33,968 nt of DNA from Priapulus caudatus. Taxonomy: Eukaryota. Positions 11,085 to 22,860 of the stretch are shown in pieces (the stretch's first letter is position 1; each line of letters begins with the position of its first letter). The notes under the pieces are model-generated. The model searched no databases and was not told the DNA's origin. It was given only the letters and a program-made list of their open reading frames with translations. The stretch covers positions 82,552 through 116,519 of the forward strand of contig NW_014577073.1 in NCBI RefSeq assembly GCF_000485595.1, read 5' to 3'. The position numbers and the translations under genes are program-made.

Positions 11085-11219
11085 GCAAGGGGAAAGATCA
11101 TTAGATAGAATTGGTTATTAAAATTCTATAAGTGACTATAATATAATAGAATAGAATTTGACTGAAATTTCAAGACTGTACATGGAGTGAGTTTTAATGT
11201 TGCCTATATACTTGTGCAG

Positions 11220-11669
11220 GTGAATGAATACGCACGGACATTGGCAGGGGAGGCAATGTTACTGAGCATCATCCTGTGGCTCCAGGATCAGTTGCAAGGA
11301 TGTCAAGTGGACACCGTCGCTAGTAGTAGCCATAAACAGAACAGAATCTCAGAGAGTGGAAGATTAAACGATGCAATTACAGAGGGCAAGAAACTGCAAT
11401 CGAGTGAAGTAGAGAAAAGCAATGCGCCAACAGTGGATTGCAGCGAACCTGAACACAAAACCTCTTGTCGCCCCAGCAACGTCCAGAACAGCTGTTTGCA
11501 TCTGGCAACAACTGTGCTGCACGTGGACCATATGCGAGCAAGGGCTAAATATGTGAGGAATATTCAGAGGTGGATAAAGGAATTAAGTCTTGTTGGGCGG
11601 CTGCTGTTTTATGGAGAGAAGAGACCGCTCATACTAATCTTGCTACAGGGAACTGTTGATAATCTGAAG
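11220..11669 (+). CDS. RWDD3: RWDD3 exon 3
   Basis: Acceptor cttgtgcag| and donor AAG|gtaaat, both phase 0. Contains GEAMLLSIILWLQ and LHVDHMRARAKYVRNIQRWIKELSLVGRLLF..ILILLQG, matching RWDD3 LHLDHMRAKTKYVK..W..L.L.GRLMF..ILILLQG. Confidence 0.93.
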
Positions 11670-12603
11670 GTAAATAATGGAATGTTACTTGCTAAGTAAA
11701 ATTAGCTAGCAGTTGTCAGCGAGTGAACATATCATCATTCGGGGGGAAGAATCGCGAAAAGGTCTCGGTATGTCGAATTTGGGGGTGAAGGGTCAAAGGT
11801 CAAGATGTGTCAATGGAGTAGGAATATTTCCCCCTTAACTTAAGGTATGAGGAAATACGGAATTGCGGCACAAATCTCAACGGCTCGACCTACGCTCGTA
11901 ATATTCGATGTAAAGTGTGATGGGGAGGAAACCCATCACCAGTGCGAAATTGGAGGTCATAGGTCAAAGGGCAATGGGGGAAAGGTCAGATATCAGACAT
12001 TTTCTGAGGACATTGTCTAACGGACCGAGTGCAAAACTTGTTTGTTTCAGCGCTGACCTACCATTTTTATCACTTTATTGAAAGGACCATGAAATGTACG
12101 ACGTGCGAAGAGTAAGTGGCTGATAACCCTTTGACCCTCAAGAGGAGGGTTAAACATGGATTTGTTCATTTTGTTGACTGTTAACAAAGGACTGAACTAC
12201 TTTTGCTATTAGATCTGTATTAGTAGTATCCTAGATATATGCTCTGAGCGCGAACGCGGTGGAGGGAGGGCGCACTTGATTTGGTTGCCAGTGAGTTTAT
12301 CAGAATACCCGGCTACAGTACACGTCAGTTGAGCGCTGTCGCTCTGTGGCACTTGTTTTGAAATTCAGTGACAGCAGTTATTTGTCGCACCAAACGTGTG
12401 CGATAAATACTCTTCCCCCATTCACAATTTAATCTATTCGATACTCGAAGCTCTAATAAGCAATTGACAAGGTTTTCTGTTTATATAAGGTAACCTGTAC
12501 AATGCTGCCAGCAGCCTGCTGGTCATACTTATAATAACTGCAGCCATGTTTTTTACCCAATTTGCGAGGGAAATACAGCTAAACATATATGCTTTTCATG
12601 CAG

Positions 12604-12713
12604 AAGTATATGCATCTACACCGGTCGGTGTGTGTGGATGTGGACTCGGCAGGGCGCAGTTGCAAAGAGAGAAAGCTCGGTGTGCTCTGCCAGTTGCCAT
12701 GTGCTAGTTTAAG
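12604..12713 (+). CDS. RWDD3: RWDD3 exon 4
   Basis: Acceptor ttttcatgcag| in phase 0. KYMHLHRSVCVDVDSAGRSCKERKLGVL matches the RWDD3 VDVDSSGKKCKEK motif. Donor AG|gtcagt in phase 2. Confidence 0.92.
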
Positions 12714-12926
12714 GTCAGTGGACATTCTCGGTTGCTATTCTTGTTTTGGTATTTTCTTTGCCGGTTCAAGCTGCGTCGTAAATCTATTTGGCAGCCGGAG
12801 TTGTTGGCATTTGCCGAGAACGAAAGTGAGAGAGACAGTCTCTCGTGACGAATTAGGAGTTAAAGGCATGATCGACGGTGCTGGGTCGCTGGTACAGCCT
12901 CACAGATTTAAATTAGTCGTTTGTAG

Positions 12927-13050
12927 TTTTACAGATTTTCGAGTGATATCTGTGACGGATGCACCAGCATTGCAGCGGGAGTTGGCTTCCAGTGGACACG
13001 CTCAGATTTACAAGGAGCACGTACTGCCAGTGTTGCTGGAAAAGCACTAA
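12927..13050 (+). CDS. RWDD3: RWDD3 exon 5 (last coding exon)
   Basis: Acceptor tttgtag| in phase 2. FTDFRVISVTDAPALQRELASSGHAQIYKEHVL* resembles the RWDD3 C-terminus (FLAFEV...ELQKEF..AGL..LF.EFVL). The spliced CDS totals 900 nt, i.e. 299 aa plus stop. Confidence 0.85.
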
Positions 13051-13265
13051 AAGCGTTCTGCGTTTGATTCTTCAAGAGTGTGCGGGTGCGCCTGGCCCGA
13101 CAGAAACATTTACGTGAAAAATGGCTTAACCCCATGTTATGGGATTCGTGTACTTCACGTAGCTGAAAGGCACAGGGCAGTGAAAAGCTATTCTTCCGCT
13201 CTACATGCACCAGTCCTTCGCCCATAGCCGCTCTTATCTCAGGAGAACTCTGCGAATGAAGCAAA

Positions 13266-13271
13266 AATAAA
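13266..13271 (+). promoter_or_regulatory. Candidate polyadenylation signal of RWDD3
   Basis: AATAAA about 215 nt after the stop codon, followed by a GT/T-rich stretch (gcgttttttgttggg). Confidence 0.5.
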
Positions 13272-14158
13272 CGTGCGAACTGACTGCGTTTTTTGTTGGG
13301 CATTACGCTCTAAAATTGTCTAAAACTAGGTCAGTGTGATCTAGTTAAGTTCAGTTTGTGTATATACGAGACCGAAGCAGCCACGGGTTAGTGATCTGTG
13401 AGCATGCACTGTGAGAACAAGTTTACTGTTATTACACGGGCTAAAAGAAATGAGGGTTGAAAGAAATTAGGTCGTTTGAGACTTTTGTAGATAGCGTAGA
13501 ACACAGATTCTTTCAGCTCTCCTTTTTTCTTCTTCCCCGCCCTCTCTGTAGACGCAATAACTTTCGTTATTCAATTAGTTTCTTCTTGGATGCCTCTCTA
13601 ATTCTATTTATACCCACACCTCAACTGTGATATTTTAAGATATCAAAGTACAAAGTAGCGGCGACCTTCAGCATTTGTGATCCTAATAGTGTTCATTGTA
13701 TCATCCGCGTGAACAGTCTCTGCAAATCGACTGTCGAATAGATTGAAAATTCCATTATAATGGTGAATAATAAATATTTATACGTCTGACAAAAGAAAAG
13801 TGAAAGTGTGGCTAAATAAAGAGCTAGAGCAATGGGGGGGGGGTGCGTTTTAAAATACCAGATATTTGGCTTTCATAATTAGCCCTGATGGCCCATTCGT
13901 GCCCCCTCCCGTAGTGTGCATCACATGTTAGCAACGTGGCGACAACGTGCGGGAGGCATGCTAATGTGCATCCTACTCCCCACTAGTGGTAACATGTGCA
14001 AACGACTTTGACAAGCTACTTTGAAAGGCGTTTTTCCTGCATTCCGAGCAATACAATCTATATTTAATATTATTTATTCTACGAAGAAGGGGAGTTGAGC
14101 CAATTTGATTTGAGTTAATATATTATTGGAGGCTGTATAAAATTAGGCAGGGATTATG

Positions 14159-14454
14159 CAGGGGTAGAAATTAACTTTTGAACACGGGAGTCCAACGAAC
14201 ATCCTACCCTCAAAAAGAGGGAGTCCGCAGCAAAATGAGGAAGTCCGCAGTTTGAGGTTCAAAATTAAAGATATTAACAATAACGCATACATGTGCTTAT
14301 TTTGAAGATTCGTGCGGTTGCACGTCTGCCCAATTTTCCTTGGACATTAGGTGAAAAAATACGGTAATTCTGTGAGGCCGTGCTCTGGAACGAACTAGTT
14401 AGTATGGCAGAATTTTCAGGGAGTCACACAGACTCCCGTAAATTTCGCACCCTG
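14159..14454. mobile_element. hAT-like non-autonomous element remnant
   Basis: Ends CAGGGGTAGAAATT / AATTTCGCACCCTG with subterminal GGGAGTC/GACTCCC repeats; no clean TSD. Confidence 0.5.
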
Positions 14455-14534
14455 AGTATGTACAATGTATACACTCTGCGTATCCTCTTGTTCTGTTTCA
14501 CGCATACAACAGAGGTGTTGTCGTGTTCACTCAC

Positions 14535-14625
14535 CGGAGAACGTTCCAGAGTAGACGCCCTTGCCATGTGCCTTCAGACTTTCTATGATCGCACCGGCCG
14601 GTTGAGGTGGGGTCGCCGTTTCCTT
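14535..14625 (-). CDS. MIDN: Midnolin exon: start of Catch2
   Basis: Acceptor ctgtttgcag|AAG in phase 0. GAIIESLKAHGKGVYSGTFS matches midnolin GAVIESF.NHAPGVFSGTFSG. Donor G|gtgagt in phase 1; 91 nt. Confidence 0.92.
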
Positions 14626-15338
14626 CTGCAAACAGAGGCACGCCGTGGGCATCATCACGAAATCACTTGTCATTCTATTATTAGTAGTAATGATATTTTC
14701 GCACCTCATTTACTTATTCCGATCGTTACTATTGCTACGCGTACATCGCGAACAAAGGTTATTCACTCCAAACACGTATTACATGCAGGATTACGCTTCG
14801 CGAAAACCATACGCGAAACTGTGCTGCACGAGTGTTAATAACTTAATCGCACTAGCAAACGAGTACGTATACAAAGCGAAACCAACGAGCGAGCGTACAT
14901 AAATGTAATAAGGGGATCCTATAACTCTGCGTTTCATCTTACACTCACTAATAGCAAGACGGAATACACTCACGCTTGATATGTTCCCTGTGTCTGTCTA
15001 TTTAGGTAGAACCAGTATACATAAAAATAATAATGTTAGTATCTAAACATTGAAATGAAAACACGTGCTCGCGCGGCGGTTTCGTAAGTGTTCGCATCTA
15101 CGACCCGAGGAACTAAAAGCGGCTGCGCGTAATTTTTGCTCGCCTAAAATAACTCATTCTTAATTCAAGCGAATGAAAAAGTCTGTAGAACATTACTTTT
15201 TCTAGATCTTGTCTGATCTAATTTTGGTAGGACGTAGATTGGCATACACGCTACGATAAAACGCACCGCTTTTCCACTAGCCGCGCTAATTGTGTTGAGA
15301 TAATTAGACACTAAATATAAAAATAATATGCCAGCAGG

Positions 15339-15607
15339 CATTGATTGGGATAATAGAGATGATGTATATCACGATTTATATCATTCGTATTCGTATTCGT
15401 ATAATTCCTGACAGTGTCGCTTTGGCAATTTTCAGCTGAGCCATTTTAGCTATGAAATCTCAGCATCATCACAACTCTATTATATCTCAGACATTGAATG
15501 GGATAATAGATGATGTATATCACGATTTATATAATTCGTATTCGTATAATTTCTGACAGTGTCGCTTTGGCAATTTTCAGCTGAGTCATTTTAGCTATTA
15601 AATCTCC
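15339..15607 (+). repeat. Diverged tandem duplication, period ~153 bp
   Basis: The block CATTGA.TGGGATAATAGA...GCTAT.AAATCTC starts at about 15339 and again at about 15492. Confidence 0.85.
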
Positions 15608-15878
15608 AAAAACCGGTGATCGCGCATTGACGTATTGGAAACGGCCTATGCAACTAATACACCTGCCCACAACGGATCTGCATGCATTGTGGGTGGTCAC
15701 ACAATATTACACAACAACCATTACTGCTGCATATATAACTAATATATCGTTCCGTAAATACGACGTTTTGTGAACATCGAAAGTTTCATGATGCTATATA
15801 TATATATATATAAAGTCAAGGTATAGAATAGTATATTATGTTGTTTTTATCTACACGGGTGTTCGTGTGTGACTTTAC

Positions 15879-15932
<54 letters not shown>

Positions 15933-18900
15933 TATACATTTTCGCTTGGTCTGCTGTTCGTGTGCTTCAATTCAGTCGTTTATATAACGCCCACGGCCTG
16001 GCAATAACGCCATCGAAAAAAACACGTCATCGCTTACGTCATCGCTTACGTCATCGCTTCGCAGCGCCAGCTAGCCAGCTATTCAATCGCGCGACCGGAG
16101 TGGGTTAAAGCGGCTCTGCCGACGATAGAATGACGCGCGCGCTCGCAGCAGCAGCAGCCGGTGCGTGATGAGCACGCTGCTGCTGCGCCCACACGTTGCA
16201 CACGTCACTGCTGCCTGGCTTCCCGCGACCTCCCCGCAGCAGCAGCAGCAGCAGCAGCGAGGCAGCGAGCGTGCATGACTCATCGTCCACCCACGCCGCG
16301 CCCGCTCGCCGGCGTTGCGATCGCTAGCAACCAGGCCGTGCTCTGGAACGAACTAGTTAGTATGGCAGAATTTTCAGGGAGTCACACAGACTCCCGTAAA
16401 TTTCGCACCCTGAGTATGTACAATGTATGGCAGTCAGCTCTGGCAATAAAATCGATTCTCAATATCAATATTATTAGCTTATTTTTTTAAATCTCGGTTA
16501 TTAATTAACTAATTAATCTCCTAGATAATAACTAGTTTATACAAATAAAAAGGAAATATCTAATTTGAATGACCGATGTTCGTGATAGTGTAGTTTTTGA
16601 TGGTGACATGGTAGCAAAGAATCGGCTCCCCGGTGTTACCCAAATCCGCTATAGTTACGGCACAGACGTACAAATAGATTATTACATCATATGTACTAGT
16701 TCGTCTGTGTGTAGATATATATATATATATATAATATATACAGTGCACGAAATTACCGGTTCAACCCCCCATATAATCGGTCCACTTGGCCTATTCAAAA
16801 TTTTGCCTACCTTGCCTTTATATATGAACAATATTTACCAATTTCCTGACTAGTTTTTACTTAGTGACTACTAAGAAGTAAATCATGTTCCAGCAATTCC
16901 TGTCAAACAAGTAGAACTCCACTGATAGCAATGAAATACTGAAATACTACGAGTATGCCTAATAAACACAAAGAGCTCTAATACTTGTGGAATGGAATAA
17001 ATTGTTCAAACAAAATTAAGGGCCTGTTCAAATTTGTGAGGGCCTGTTCAATTTGTCTAAGGGTCCGTTTTAAATTTTGGGTGGGCCTGTTCACATTTTG
17101 GCTAATTTCATGCCCTGTGTATATATATATATATATATACAGACTTTGTCATTCCCTATATCTACGGTCTGTGGTTACATGGCGGCTGATAATTCGGTTG
17201 CAACAACGCACACACGCCAACATGCAGAGAGTGAAAGAGCAAGGTGCTGGTAAGCGCACGTTCCTTCGGAGGCGGGAGTTTATTCTAACCCAGGGATAAA
17301 TGTCGGGTCAACAGCACACGGTAAATGAGCGACGACGACGACGCGAGCACACGCAAGTGGAGTCGCCATTACCACAGTGAATCGGCTAGTGGTAGATTAG
17401 CTGAGCCGAATCGGGACGGAGGCACCGGTGTGCCAGCTCAGAAGCAAGCCAGCGTGAAAGTCTCACCTGTGACTAGCCAGTGAAAGGTCACCTCGCCGTG
17501 CACACAACAGCCGATACACCATGACCGTGAAAGCGATTACAAATGGTCTGAAGTCAACGTCATGTGGCACGACGAACCTCCGCCATCTTACTGTGCAATA
17601 AGTCACGAGTGAAGCACTACTGCAGCAAGAAAGCATCACAAGTTACCCTCTCCATTATCATAGCCACCTCACGCATTCTCAAGGAGACGTTGCTACATTG
17701 CTCTACTGATTGATGTAGGTACTGGTTGAAGCAAATTCATGACTAAGGCACGAGGCTGATTGAGTTTTGCAAGCAATAGATCGAGTGACGCAAAATATAT
17801 TGTTTTTAGCAAATTCCACTTCCCAAAAAGCACAGTACTGCTATTTGCATACCCTATTCCTTATGCCAGTATGCCTAGATATATACATTCATAAGCCTGG
17901 TATTAATTCATTAAGTCTATGAGATTTGCTAAATGAATAAATCCCTGTTTGAATCAAATTGTATTCCAAGCAGATCTATGCTTATACAACGATTTATGAC
18001 AAGTTAAATATAATTCGAACAATAAAAAATGACCGGCTTAAGGTAGCATATAATGGGTTTACATTAAATCGATGTGATTGACTCTAGGATTAGGTGAAAT
18101 AAATTTAATGTAATTTTATAGCAATAAAAAATATGCTGAGGTAAGCAGAGGGTATTAGAACATAATAAAAACAGAGATAGAATGACATCATATTTGGCAC
18201 CAAATGACATGACCCTCAAAATAGGGGCAAAAAATGTATTACTTCATTCTTATAAATTGCAAAAATCTATATAATATTAATAATAATAACAATAATAATA
18301 TAATGTATCTGATTAGTAGGCGTGAATAGAAGAGCGCGACTTCGTAGTTTATTATTTAACGATTAAATCAACTAAAATACTGTGGTATCATCAACTCCTA
18401 AGCTGCATGCGGGCCATATAGGGCATTATGGCAGTTTGCCAAAAATGACTAAAACGTTGCATGCATAATCTTCATCGTCTGTTTTTATCCCTCATAACTG
18501 CTGACATCGTCACTCCGGCAACCCCTACAAATACAATTTTGAATTTAAGGCCGATCCTAGTCAGCTGTTCTAGACCTTCACCTAGCAACGGCCAAACTTG
18601 CCATCATGTCTCTTATTTTTTTGTAGATGGATTACACTTTGCGAGTGGCATTACTCACAATTCAGCTGTATACTATTGTGTGCTCTACAAGTGATCATCC
18701 AGGGTTCTCCCTACGTTGCGCAAACGAGGCGCGCGCGCCCCGTTTGGGAAAACTCCCCCCTGTTTCAATCGTTGCGCCCCGTTTAAAATACCTCCGCCCC
18801 GATTAAATTCCACCACAATAAAAGTTTGCCAGCGACGGAATCGATCGTCAAGAATTCCCATTCGACCAGGACACCCGGCACGTGTATTTTTACCGTGCCA

Positions 18901-19331
18901 CGCATGCACTGCAGACAATACACAAGTACAAACAGTCAACCTGTCCCACAGCCAACACTAACTGTACACCGACTCGGCTATCTTATATATACAAGAACCC
19001 ACCAACCTCTCTCTCCCTCTCTATCTATCTTATTTTCTCCCTCTATCGCGCTCTTTCTCCGTCTGCGCGCGCGCGTGTGTGTGTATGTATGTGTGTGTGT
19101 GTGCGTGCGTGCGTGCGTGTGTGCCCCAATCACATTGGTAATTCCAATGTTTTCCTAATTCCTATGTGTATTCAGGTTGCGCGGTGTGACGTATTGGCAT
19201 TTGCTTTGTGTGTGTTGCCTGCGCTAACTTCCTCTCCACGCCCACACCCCGACTACTCGCGTTCAACGCTCTACGAGACGGCAGCATGCACCCGAATGGA
19301 TTGATTTTTCATGAATCGCCTTCGTTTACTG

Positions 19332-19443
19332 GAAGACTGCAGTTGGATTTCTTCAGTATAAACCACACTTGAAGACTGCAGTTGGATTCCTTCAGTATAA
19401 ACCAAATTTGAAGACTGCAGTTGGATCCCCTCAGTATATACCA
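19332..19443 (+). repeat. 39-bp minisatellite, ~3 copies
   Basis: Unit GAAGACTGCAGTTGGATTCCTTCAGTATAAACCAAATTT starts at 19332, 19371 and 19410. Confidence 0.9.
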
Positions 19444-19830
19444 TTCGGCAATGTTTCAATAATATAAAGCCAACAATAATAAAGTGGCGTATCCAATAAT
19501 AAACATACATCTTTCGCAAATTCACGTTCAAGGGTGCACGCGGCTGAGTAACGTTGGTTTCATTTAACGGTTTGCTAAAGCTAATAAAATGACAGAAATA
19601 GTGGAAGAGAGAACGGGGTGCAATAATCTAAAGAAGCTGTCATTGCTGAATTGTCTGATACCCAGTACGGTCTGCGGTTGCCTCGCGAGTTCATCCACCG
19701 ATACGAACAAGGCTTTACAACAAATAAGATTTAGCTGTGTTAGTTGGGGGCCATGCACTCACTCGTAGTTACACTTAACTATGGTCTGGCTACGCGGCGA
19801 GTGGAGTGAATATAGAGTAAAGGGCCTCAC

Positions 19831-20355
19831 CGGTCCTTCGGGTGTGTTCGACAGGCGCTTCAACCTGTGCGTCAGATTGCGGCTGGCTTGTTCAAGTGCC
19901 TTCATGTCCAGCGTGGGAATCGACGACGCCGGACTCGTCGTCCGCTCGCTCGCAGCCAAAGACACCGACCGAGGCAACATTGGCGGCGGCGATGACGACG
20001 ACGACGCTGATGATGTCGACGGCGATGACGACGACGACGCTGATGATGTCGACATCATCGACGACGCTGACGGTGACGACGGCATCGACGACGCTGACGG
20101 TGACGACGGCACCGACGACGCTGACGGTGACGACTGCACCGACGACGCTGACGGTGACGACAGCACCGACGACGCTGACGGTGACGACGGCACCAACGAC
20201 GCTGACGACGGCCTAGGGGGCGCTACCGTGCTGGTACGCCGCAGCCTCGTGGCGCCAGGCACCATCGTTGAGAGTTGCAGCTGGACGAACATCATGTGAT
20301 CTTCGAAGCGCCAGGCCAAGGTCAAAGGGGACTTTCCCGTCAGGAAGTCGTTCAC
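19831..20355 (-). CDS. MIDN: Midnolin exon: Catch1 half-domain plus Ser/Pro-rich linker
   Basis: Acceptor ctgcattcag|GTG in phase 0. [28 protein letters not shown] matches recalled midnolin [27 protein letters not shown]. Donor CCG|gtgagg in phase 0; 525 nt. Confidence 0.92.
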
Positions 20356-22008
20356 CTGAATGCAGAAGAAGACGAAATTCGACTGAGTTTGCGCTCGAAA
20401 TATTGTTGAACTACGATAACGAATCGAGAGAATGCTCTATTTACATCGGCGTAACGCATTTAATTTATTTTAGCTCCCCCACCCTCGTTTGATTTAACGT
20501 TTGCTTATCTCAGATTCCTCATCAGAGATTTCCAGGATTCGTTAAATACATTAGATTACAATCCCATTAGCCTGCTACTGAGCTCTTGATCACATCGCAT
20601 TAATTTTAATGCAAAGGTATAGATTACGTTCGCCATAGCATAGTCGATGCTATCCTACGTTACGTATACACAGGGTTAATAAATCGTTAAAAATGACGCT
20701 GGCATCGCATGCCTCGCGGCTGTGCGTTAACGCGGCAATGTATTGTTGCTCGGCGCAGATGAAATATTACAGTCCTGTCCACAGCGGAGGCGGTGTGGGC
20801 GGAACGTGAACAATATACATGCTCGGTTCCATAAAGAAATTTCAAAAACATCATGCGTAAAACTGTTCGTTTAATGATTTCTTCCCACGCTGGCGCGGTG
20901 ACCATTGTCGTGGCCGGACGTTGCGCGAAATGAATATCAAGCAGATATGTGTTCACTCTCGGCATATAAGAACTGCAATTTAGTTTATAGCAGCCATTTA
21001 TGTGCTATCGACGTAGGCTACTCCATGAGTCGTTGTTCGCATCGAGCTTCTGAGAGCAGCCACACGGACGTTTAGAGTCGGTTTATGATTGAAGTGCATA
21101 ATTCAAACGAATTCCGCCGCCAATGCACAAACGTGCACACGCACACGTACGTATGAAGGCACGCACATACACAAGCTAGCTACAACGTGCGCGAGTACAT
21201 ACAACCAGCATCGTACTCAAACGAGCATCGCGCATAGGCGGCGCTGACAGCCATGTATAGGTGCGCGTTCGCCGCAACGTACGCGAGCGCAGGAAGGCGC
21301 TGCATCGCTTTCCGGCCAAGTTATCCCTTTAAGTCAGCATCAATGCGCCAATTTCATCCCCATCAGCGCGCCGGGACTTTCCCACCGGCGTTTTACAGCG
21401 GCGCGAAAGCCTGCGCTGCGTGCACGCGCCCCTCTCCCGTGTTTCACCCCCCGTCCGCCCCCGCCCCCGCCCGCACCCGCACCCACCTCGCCGAGGTCCG
21501 ACGCAAAGCGTTTGTCTTTCAGCACGTCGGCGTGCATTCTGGTCGGCGGACCACGCACAACTGTAAACAAAGGCCCAAGCGGCCGAGCCGACCAGCGCGT
21601 ACACAAGCGCCAGTTGGCATCGTCAGACAGTGCGCTTTGTCTAACGGCCGGCAACGCCAAGCCAACACTCGCGGGCGCGAGGGAACACTAATAGCGCGCT
21701 GGCACCGGCACGCCTTCGCCGAATTAACCCCTTTGTGGCCGTGAGAAACGCATGATACTACGTACCCGCATTTAACGCGCACTCGCCGCCGCGGACAGGA
21801 AGAGCGTTTTTTTCTGGCGATTCGGCGTTTAATTGCGCGTATTTCGCGCACCGGTGATTGCAATATGCACACCTATCTATTTGTCTATCTATCTGTCCGT
21901 CTGTCTGTTTGCCTTTCGGTCAGTCAATCTTTCAGTCTTCCTGTCTGTCAGTCGGCTTTGTGGATTTACCAGTCTTTTGTGTGGCAGGGAGAGAGAATGG
22001 CAGATGGG

Positions 22009-22018
<10 letters not shown>

Positions 22019-22076
<58 letters not shown>

Positions 22077-22860
22077 GAGGAGCGCGATTGAAAAAACGGA
22101 GGCATGTAGTGAGANNNNNNNNNNNNNNNNNNNNNNNNNNNNNNNNNNNNNNNNNNNNNNNNNNNNNNNNNNNNNNNNNNNNNNNNNNNNNNNNNNNNNN
22201 NNNNNNNNNNNNNNNNNNNNNNNNNNNNNNNNNNNNNNNNNNNNNNNNNNNNNNNNNNNNNNNNNNNNNNNNNNNNNNNNNNNNNNNNNNNNNNNNNNNN
22301 NNNNNNNNNNNNNNNNNNNNNNNNNNNNNNNNNNNNNNNNNNNNNNNNNNNNNNNNNNNNNNNNNNNNNNNNNNNNNNNNNNNNNNNNNNNNNNNNNNNN
22401 NNNNNNNNNNNNNNNNNNNNNNNNNNNNNNNNNNNNNNNNNNNNNNNNNNNNNNNNNNNNNNNNNNNNNNNNNNNNNNNNNNNNNNNNNNNNNNNNNNNN
22501 NNNNNNNNNNNNNNNNNNNNNNNNNNNNNNNNNNNNNNNNNNNNNNNNNNNNNNNNNNNNNNNNNNNNNNNNNNNNNNNNNNNNNNNNNNNNNNNNNNNN
22601 NNNNNNNNNNNNNNNNNNNNTTCCTCCCTCCCTCCCTCCCCCCTTCCTTCCCTCCCTCCCTCCCTCCCTCCCTCCATTCCTCCCTAACTCCCTCCCTCCC
22701 TCCCTCCCTCCTTCCCTCACTCCCTCCTTCCCTCCCTCCCTCCCTTCCTCCCTCCCTCTCTCCCATCCATCCTTCCCTTCCTCCCTCCCTACTTCCATCC
22801 CTCCCCCTCCCCCTACCTCCTTCCCTCCCTTCGCTCCCCTCCATCCCTCCCTTCGTTCCC
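22019..22860. repeat. (GA)n tract, assembly gap 22115-22620, and (CCCT)n low-complexity tract
   Basis: Directly visible simple repeats and N run. Confidence 0.95.

Larger units (their letters stand above)
14375..16428 (+). repeat. Identical 96-bp direct repeat (14375-14470 and 16333-16428)
   Basis: AGGCCGTGCTCTGGAACGAAC...CCCTGAGTATGTACAATGTAT occurs twice; the ORF track shows the peptide LWNELVSMAEFSGSHTDSRKFRTLSMYNV twice. Confidence 0.9.

Noticed and set aside
11760..12140. Cluster of AGGTCA/GGTCAAAGGTCA motifs resembling nuclear-receptor sites in RWDD3 intron 3
   Set aside because: Such motifs are common inside invertebrate interspersed repeats. I could not define element ends or support a regulatory role.
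18685..18961. Overlapping ORFs on both strands in a midnolin intron
   Set aside because: No homology recognised. The region begins with a CAGGG hAT-like terminus and is probably a repeat fragment; the midnolin exon phases already join without it.
19332..19443. Regularly spaced repeats resembling a CRISPR array
   Set aside because: The 39-bp units are contiguous with no unique spacers, there are no cas genes, and the context is eukaryotic. This is a minisatellite.
19781..20299. Asp-rich (DDADGDD)n and Thr-rich ORFs on the + strand
   Set aside because: They are antisense shadows of the Ser/Pro repeat in the midnolin exon; the - frame carries the conserved motifs and splice sites.
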